A stretch of DNA of 63,706 bases, from NCBI GenBank assembly GCA_027717645.1, contig JALLOG010000002.1, forward strand, positions 1 to 63,706. The letters are read 5' to 3'. The position numbers and the translations under genes were made by a program. The notes beneath the pieces were generated by a model that saw only the letters and a program-made list of their open reading frames with translations, did no database searches and was not told the DNA's origin. This document shows, in pieces, positions 58,781-63,706 of the stretch. Numbering within the stretch: the stretch's first letter is position 1; each line of letters opens with the position of its first letter. The stretch comes from Desulfobacterota bacterium AH_259_B03_O07. GTDB taxonomy: Bacteria > Desulfobacterota_D > UBA1144 > Nemesobacterales > CSP1-2.

Positions 58781-60604
58781 ATGAGGATATACTGGACTCG
58801 AAAAATGCGAAACATCATTTACGCCTTAGCCATCATCGTAGGTTTCTTTGCTGCGGACTCAGGTTGGGCTGACACGGCTGACTATGTATTCACCAATGGC
58901 AAGATCTACACCGTCAACAAAGCCCAACCGTGGGCGGAAGCCGTTGCGGTCGATGGCAACAAGATCGTCTATGTCGGCAACAACGCAGGTGCAGCCAAGT
59001 TCAACGGCAAGGGCACCAAGTCAATCGACCTCAAGGGCCGCTTGATGCTGCCCGGCTTCATTGAATCGCACATTCACATCTCTCTCGGCGCGTCGACGAA
59101 ATCGGGAGTGATCTTGGCAACTTCGGATAACCTGGAGAAGGTGCTGGAGAAGGTAAAGAAATACGCTGACGAGCACCCCAAAAAAGAGACGATTTTTGGC
59201 GCTTCCTACGATGCATTCATGTTCAAAAAGTCGAACGGGCGGTACAAGGAGCCAAACAAAGCGTTGCTTGATAAGATCGTTCCAGATCGTCCAGTTTTGC
59301 TGCTGGATCACACCGCCCATTCGGCCTGGGTGAACTCCAAGACCTTAGAGTTGGCGGGCATCACCAAGGACACGAAGAACCCCTACGGCGGAGAGTACAT
59401 CCGCGATAAAAAGAATAAGGAGCTTACCGGGGCGATCAAGGGAATCCCGGTCTACAATTCAGTCTCCGATAAAATCAATGCGATCACCGTCGAATCGATT
59501 CAGGCCTCCCTCCCAGAGGTGCTTAAGAACCTGACGGAGTTCGGCTTTACCACGGCCATAGACATGGGAATCGCCACAGCGAGGGAGGCCGCTTACAAAG
59601 CGATAGTCAAGCTCGACAAAGACGGTATGCTCCCGCTTCGCATCAGCATGACCCACTTCGTCAACACGCCCGACCTGGCAAAGACGGCAGTCGAGACACT
59701 CGACGGCTATGCCAAGAAGTACAAATCCGACCACGTCTGGATTGACACGCTGAAGATCACGATCGACAGCGTGCTCGAAAACCAGGGGGCTGCCATGCTG
59801 AAGCCCTACAAAAAGAAAAACAAGGATGACAAGGATAACGATGGCATTCTCTATTTTGACCACGAAGAGATGAAGAAAATGGTCATGGGAGCAGCAAAAA
59901 AGGGATACAACGTGGTCGTTCACGCCATCGGTGACCGCGCCGTCCGAGCGGCACTCGATGCCGCGGAAGCACTACGAAAGGCTGGCTACAAGGATACGCG
60001 GTTTATCATAACGCATGCGCAAATGGTGAATCCAGATGACCGACCACGCTTCAAGACACTCGACGTGACCGTGCAGACTACAGGCAACTGGGCCATGCAG
60101 CAGAAGGTTTACCTGGAGTCCCTCGAGGAGGGACGATATAACACCTTGCAGTTCCCGTTCCGTTTCTGGGCGGACAATGGCGTCAACATAGCGTTGGGAG
60201 CGGACTGGCCGGCGACTCCGGGTGGATTCAAGCTTGGCGTGAATCCGTTTAACAACATCTACACATCCATGCATCGGCGGCCTCCGGCAGCTATCGTCTC
60301 CAAAATGGGATCGACCAATGAACCGCTGCCTCCCGTGGATCAAGTGCTGACGCTCGAAGAAGCCGTCTGGGCTTACACGATCGGGTGCGCTAAGATGCTG
60401 GGGATCGAAGATCAAATCGGGTTGATCGAGGTGGGCAAAATGGCCGATATGATCCTTCTCAGCCAGAACCTCTTCGAAATCGCCCCCCCAGGACATCCCG
60501 AAGACCAAGGTTCTGGTCACGATGATGGACGGCAAGATCCTCTACGGTCGTCTATAAACTCAAAATTCGAAGAAAGCGATCTCGTGGATCTCAGAACGGC
60601 CTAA
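58781..60604 (+). CDS. secreted amidohydrolase-3 family metal-dependent hydrolase (3' end frameshifted), cassette 4
   Basis: Signal peptide. HxH motif FIESHIHISLG. After the C7 run at 60483-60489 the +1 frame reads QDIPKTKVLVTMMDGKILYGRL-stop (60555-60557), a family-typical C-terminus. The current frame instead stops inside attC R''. Confidence 0.8.
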   Translation: MRIYWTRKMRNIIYALAIIVGFFAADSGWADTADYVFTNGKIYTVNKAQPWAEAVAVDGNKIVYVGNNAGAAKFNGKGTKSIDLKGRLMLPGFIESHIHISLGASTKSGVILATSDNLEKVLEKVKKYADEHPKKETIFGASYDAFMFKKSNGRYKEPNKALLDKIVPDRPVLLLDHTAHSAWVNSKTLELAGITKDTKNPYGGEYIRDKKNKELTGAIKGIPVYNSVSDKINAITVESIQASLPEVLKNLTEFGFTTAIDMGIATAREAAYKAIVKLDKDGMLPLRISMTHFVNTPDLAKTAVETLDGYAKKYKSDHVWIDTLKITIDSVLENQGAAMLKPYKKKNKDDKDNDGILYFDHEEMKKMVMGAAKKGYNVVVHAIGDRAVRAALDAAEALRKAGYKDTRFIITHAQMVNPDDRPRFKTLDVTVQTTGNWAMQQKVYLESLEEGRYNTLQFPFRFWADNGVNIALGADWPATPGGFKLGVNPFNNIYTSMHRRPPAAIVSKMGSTNEPLPPVDQVLTLEEAVWAYTIGCAKMLGIEDQIGLIEVGKMADMILLSQNLFEIAPPGHPEDQGSGHDDGRQDPLRSSINSKFEESDLVDLRTA

Positions 60605-60717
60605 CAAGGCGGTCGGGCTGACGCCCACCATGGCGCTTCGACCGAAGTTTAGAGTAATTTCTAAATTTATCTCAATAGCAATGCTGATGTTGGGCGCTGC
60701 TCACCTCTGCGTTATCT
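60599..60717 (+). mobile_element. integron attC site (119 bp, variant R')
   Basis: R'' is GCCTAAC (60599-60605) and R' is GTTATCT (60711-60717). The arms TAACAAGGCGGTCGGGCTGACGCCCACC and reverse-complement TAACGCAGAGGTGAGCAGCGCCCAAC are partly complementary. Confidence 0.65.
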
Positions 60718-61110
60718 AGCTTATTTGCCAGTGGATACATGGAGCCTAGGAAATAGCCCAGTCTTTAAGGCAAGGGTCTTTCCAACTCAACCCCCGGTCC
60801 AATTGGATTGGGGAAGTCTAAGTGATTTCTCAGCAACACTTCCTCCGTGGGAAAGTTTTTAGATATCGTTCCCGCCTTCTTCTGGATTCCAAATCGAGTT
60901 TTCACCGCAATCCGGTGTCGTGCAGCTACCAAATCCTAGCAATGGCCTTACAATCGATTTCCCAAATGGCGGGTCTATCTCTTTTCCTTCGCCGTGCACA
61001 CCAGTCTCGCCCTGGACACCAAAGAAGATTCGTGTGAACGGCGATCGACTTAAGGTTCGAGCTCGATCACAATAATCAAGAGAGCTTTGATAGTGTTATT
61101 AGTCTTGAGC

Positions 61111-61249
61111 GCCTAACAAGCCGTTGAACACGGACTCTCGCTCTCGCCGGTTAACGGCGGCGAGAAACAAACATACTTTGTTTGATATTATCAGAATAAA
61201 TTATACAATGGTAAAAAAGTATGTGTCATCTTAATAATTAATGTTAGCC
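61111..61249 (+). mobile_element. hybrid cassette junction: attC-like left half plus AT-rich junction module
   Basis: GCCTAACAAGCCGTTGAACACGGAC and hairpin CTCGCCGGTTAACGGCGGCGAG. From about 61168 a diverged copy of the junction module follows, ending AATGTTAGCC (61243-61249). Confidence 0.55.
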
Positions 61250-61272
61250 GACCAGACTGAAAAGGAGCCCAT

Positions 61273-61914
61273 TTGACGAGACCAACCAAGCTTGATCCTC
61301 GGTACGTGAACCTCCGCGTCATCCTTCCCTACGCGCTCAAGGTGGAGGCAGTGGAGAAGGCGGTGGCTGAAACGTACCGGCTTTTTCATGGGTTCAATGA
61401 CTTCCTTGAGAGTGGTGGTTTCCGTCCATTGGAGGAATTGCTGCTGGGTAACTTGCTCTCCGGGATTATCTCGGAGTTTCTAGTGAAGAATATCGCGCGA
61501 GCTTCTGAAACGCTGGAGGCGAACATGAAGGTGGGAGGGCATCCCGACCTTCTCCCAAGGGGCCATTACTCATCGAATCTGGTTTTGAAGGGCGACGAGG
61601 GAATCGAAATCAAGTCATCGATTCAACGTGGCGGTTGGCAGGGGCACAACCCGGAGGACTGCTGGCTGATGGTGTTTCGCTATGCGATTGGCTAGCAGGG
61701 AAAGTGTGAATCTGTACCGCTCACTTTTCTTGAGATTCTCTGTGCCAAACTTGACCGATCGGATTGGTCGTTTTCAGGTCGCAAGGGCACTTCACGCAGG
61801 ACACCTACGGCGTCCATAACGGCGTCTGGTGTCGAGAAGCTTCGGAGCAATTTTCTCTATCGACTTCCCGGTGTCGGAATCGGCCGTCACCGCGACATTC
61901 TGGCAGAGCCGTGA
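61273..61914 (+). pseudogene. PD-(D/E)XK restriction endonuclease with in-frame amber codon
   Basis: AAGGAG RBS upstream of TTG 61273. Catalytic-like GGHPDLLP...EGIEIKSS. TAG at 61693-61695 is followed in the same frame by 72 more sense codons (…PLTFLEILCAKLDRSDWSFSGRKGTSRRTPTASI…) up to TGA 61912-61914. Confidence 0.65.
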
Positions 61915-61943
61915 GCCTGAAAGATCGTATTTTGATACTGTGT

Positions 61944-62933
61944 TTAGCTGAACAGGCTTGGCTCCACACTCCCGGCGTTCACCAAAGGGCGAGACGAACG
62001 GTCCTTGGGTTCCCCATTTGGAACCAGAGCTGCCAGTTTCGGAATTGCTGATCTTGCGATGTCGAAAAAGTCTGGGTCGCTCTCGATTCCAATGCTTATG
62101 TAGCCTACGGCGCACGCTGCGGCGATGGTCGAACCCCCGCCCATGAAGGGGTCAAGCACGACACCCTCTCTAAGAGGCAAGGCTGCTCGCAAAATATGGC
62201 GCATAAAGCCCTGCGGTTTGAGGGAGGGATGCGGAGCGATGTCGCGTTCAAGGGGACGCGTGGGAGAGCTTCGGATAACATCGTAGAAAGGTTGTTCCGA
62301 GCTAACCCTGCGAAGCCCGCCTGTCTTCCACTTGCGCAGGTTGTCCTGAACGCGACCCTCGCAAGGTTTTCGGAAGAGTCCCCATGGTTCCCAGCAAGAT
62401 CGGGGCATGACAGTAACGTCCTTGAACTCGTCGTGAGCGTTCTTTGGGCGGTCTCCACCACGGAGAGTTTGAACCAGGCGGATGATCTCACCACGCTTCT
62501 CAAAACCGCTCTCAATGAGTGCCATGTAGACCAGTTGTGAAAGAAGCGGATTCGTGGCTATGAAGACGTGCCCACCGGGAACGAGCACCCGAAAAGCGCG
62601 CGCCCCCCACTGCCGAAAGAATTCTGTGAGTTGCCGTTTTTCGTCATTGCTGAGAATAGTGAACCTGGGCAGTGGTTGGCGGACGCAGCCGCCGATGGCA
62701 GGAGGGATTCGCCAAACACCGCCAAGTCCGCGCCGGAGCTTATGTTTTTCTTTGGCGGTGTACTCTTTCAAACCGTAAGGCGGATCCGTGACGATGGCGT
62801 GGATACTGTTAGGTTGGCGGTGCTCCATCCACTCGAAGCAATTCCCCTGAACAAGCTCATAGGAGGCTGCTACGCTTGGCTGGTAGATCGCCCGAGGCTC
62901 AGCGACTGCCTTTGCGAGTTGGGGGGGGGTCAT
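61944..62933 (-). CDS. beta-class DNA N6-adenine/N4-cytosine methyltransferase
   Basis: Motif IV TDPPY precedes motif I LDPFMGGGST (the beta permutation). Convergent with the endonuclease, with a 29-bp gap. Confidence 0.88.
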   Translation of the reverse strand: MTPPQLAKAVAEPRAIYQPSVAASYELVQGNCFEWMEHRQPNSIHAIVTDPPYGLKEYTAKEKHKLRRGLGGVWRIPPAIGGCVRQPLPRFTILSNDEKRQLTEFFRQWGARAFRVLVPGGHVFIATNPLLSQLVYMALIESGFEKRGEIIRLVQTLRGGDRPKNAHDEFKDVTVMPRSCWEPWGLFRKPCEGRVQDNLRKWKTGGLRRVSSEQPFYDVIRSSPTRPLERDIAPHPSLKPQGFMRHILRAALPLREGVVLDPFMGGGSTIAAACAVGYISIGIESDPDFFDIARSAIPKLAALVPNGEPKDRSSRPLVNAGSVEPSLFS

Positions 62934-63231
62934 TCTCCTCGTAATCGTCGCGCCGGAAGGTTTTTCGCAAGACCGCCGGGGCTTCGGTTGGGTGCTGCCA
63001 CAAGATCTCCCGAACGTCTCGCGGCAGGTGACCTGCCAGGATTAGGAGCGAGCTAGGATCTGTCGCATAAACTTTGGCAAGGTGCCGGACTGTCGACTCG
63101 GCTGGCCGAGCCTTGCCGCCCTCAAGACGGGAAATGTACCCCTTCGAGACTCGAAGTCTCTTCGCTACATCGGCTTGGATCAACCCGCATGCAAGGCGGG
63201 CCGCCCTAATGTGCTGCCCAAACTGTATCAT
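62899..63231 (-). CDS. XRE-type HTH controller (C) protein of the R-M module
   Basis: HTH GLIQADVAKRLRVSKGYISRLEGG. Start assigned to MIQFGQHI (the ORF track extends it spuriously into the repeat). Overlaps the methyltransferase start by 35 nt. Confidence 0.7.
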   Translation of the reverse strand: MIQFGQHIRAARLACGLIQADVAKRLRVSKGYISRLEGGKARPAESTVRHLAKVYATDPSSLLILAGHLPRDVREILWQHPTEAPAVLRKTFRRDDYEENDPPPTRKGSR

Positions 63232-63409
63232 GCAGAATTTCTCCGCAATGCTGGTGGTAATCTTCGAGCGCTGCATGCAAAGCAATATAACCGTGTTAAC
63301 TATTTTAGTCAACCATGTTCCTTGCTGCTTCCGGAGTGTCCAGCGGCGGCTTGCACCACGGCAGTCGGCTAACAACAAACGGTTGCAGCGGACGGCGCTA
63401 TGCGCCGGT

Positions 63410-63658
63410 GTTTTTGGGGTCTGGCGTGAATATTCATTCAACTATTTTCTAACAATTTTAAACAAGCGACAGCTATTCTTTTGATACAACCTTTTCTAAT
63501 TTTATCTTGCTTTATATGATTTTAAGAAGATTTAGGCCCAGCTTGTTGAGTCTCGATCCTTTTATGTGTAAAGTGCCTAAATTACTGTTTGTAATTTGAT
63601 CAGAGTATATTGTAAAATGGTTAGAAAGTATGAATCAACTTAATAATATATGTTATGC
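63410..63658 (+). repeat. 249-bp AT-rich junction repeat, copy 2 (ends GTTATGC at the start of the next cassette)
   Basis: Differs at 5 positions from 56907-57155. Preceded at 63368 by the attC-like left half GGCTAACAACAAACGGTTGCAGCGGAC. Confidence 0.9.
63621..63649 (+). promoter_or_regulatory. candidate outward-facing promoter in the junction repeat
   Basis: TTAGAA, 17 nt, TAATAT, upstream of ATG 63677. Confidence 0.3.
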
Positions 63659-63676
63659 ATAAATGAGGAACAAGGG

Positions 63677-63706
63677 AATGAATGAACACGAGAAAATAAA
63701 CTACCG
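63677..63706 (+). CDS. 5' end of the next cassette ORF (partial, runs off the window)
   Basis: AGGAACAAGGGA followed by ATG 63677 (MNEHEKINY...). Only 10 codons are visible. Confidence 0.35.

Larger units (their letters stand above)
55136..63706 (+). mobile_element. integron-type gene cassette array (at least 6 cassettes, continues past the window end; no intI seen)
   Basis: Repeated unit of plus-strand ORF followed by an RYYYAAC...GTTRRRY imperfect palindrome. Base composition shifts from cassette to cassette. See the individual attC and junction features. Confidence 0.8.

Noticed and set aside
62105-63484. ORFs 62105-62515(-), 62196-62540(+), 62554-62778(+), 62568-63056(+), 63074-63484(+), 63082-63372(+), and the long 180-aa version of 62899-63441(-)
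   Set aside because: These are shadow frames of the GC-rich methyltransferase and C genes. The 180-aa version extends the C protein upstream into the promoter region and the junction repeat. The HTH fits a start at MIQFGQHI (63231).

Overview
The window is an AT-rich bacterial chromosome segment in three parts. (1) 1-44 kb is housekeeping core. It carries comEA, sufU, a rhodanese, dnaE, ftsY, ribD, nadD and rsfS. It also holds a complete minus-strand dcw cluster (mraZ-rsmH-ftsL-ftsI-murE-murF-mraY-murD-ftsW-murG-murC-murB-ftsQ-ftsA-ftsZ) with a canonical promoter and 10-bp-phased MraZ-box-like repeats, followed by murJ, aroQ, recJ, lgt, trkAH, ribF and aroE. (2) 44-55 kb is a looser accessory stretch. 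It contains a lipoprotein, a glycoside hydrolase, a SnoaL-like protein, a BtuF-like binding protein, a decayed BrnT/BrnA toxin-antitoxin pair, a tandem CPT-like kinase fusion, pyrE, an SDR, a holin-like protein, a tail-collar protein and a lone PAS domain. Several interspersed repeat families lie between these genes. (3) 55.1 kb to the window end is the most interesting part: an integron-type gene-cassette array. Plus-strand ORFs of sharply different base composition are separated by canonical attC sites (GCCTAAC...GTTAGGC imperfect palindromes). Other boundaries carry a second, unusual AT-rich junction repeat, with two 249-bp copies differing at 5 positions plus two shorter forms, each ending on a GTTRRRY-like core at a cassette start. 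Cargo includes a stand-alone UvrD/GajB-like SF1 helicase, an orphan 218-aa protein, a lipoprotein paralog of a core SnoaL-like gene, an amidohydrolase with a homopolymer frameshift, and an R-M-C module. In that module the endonuclease carries an in-frame amber codon and the methyltransferase start carries a C9 tract. No integron integrase or attI is visible on the expected (5') side. No rRNA, tRNA or CRISPR array was found by eye.
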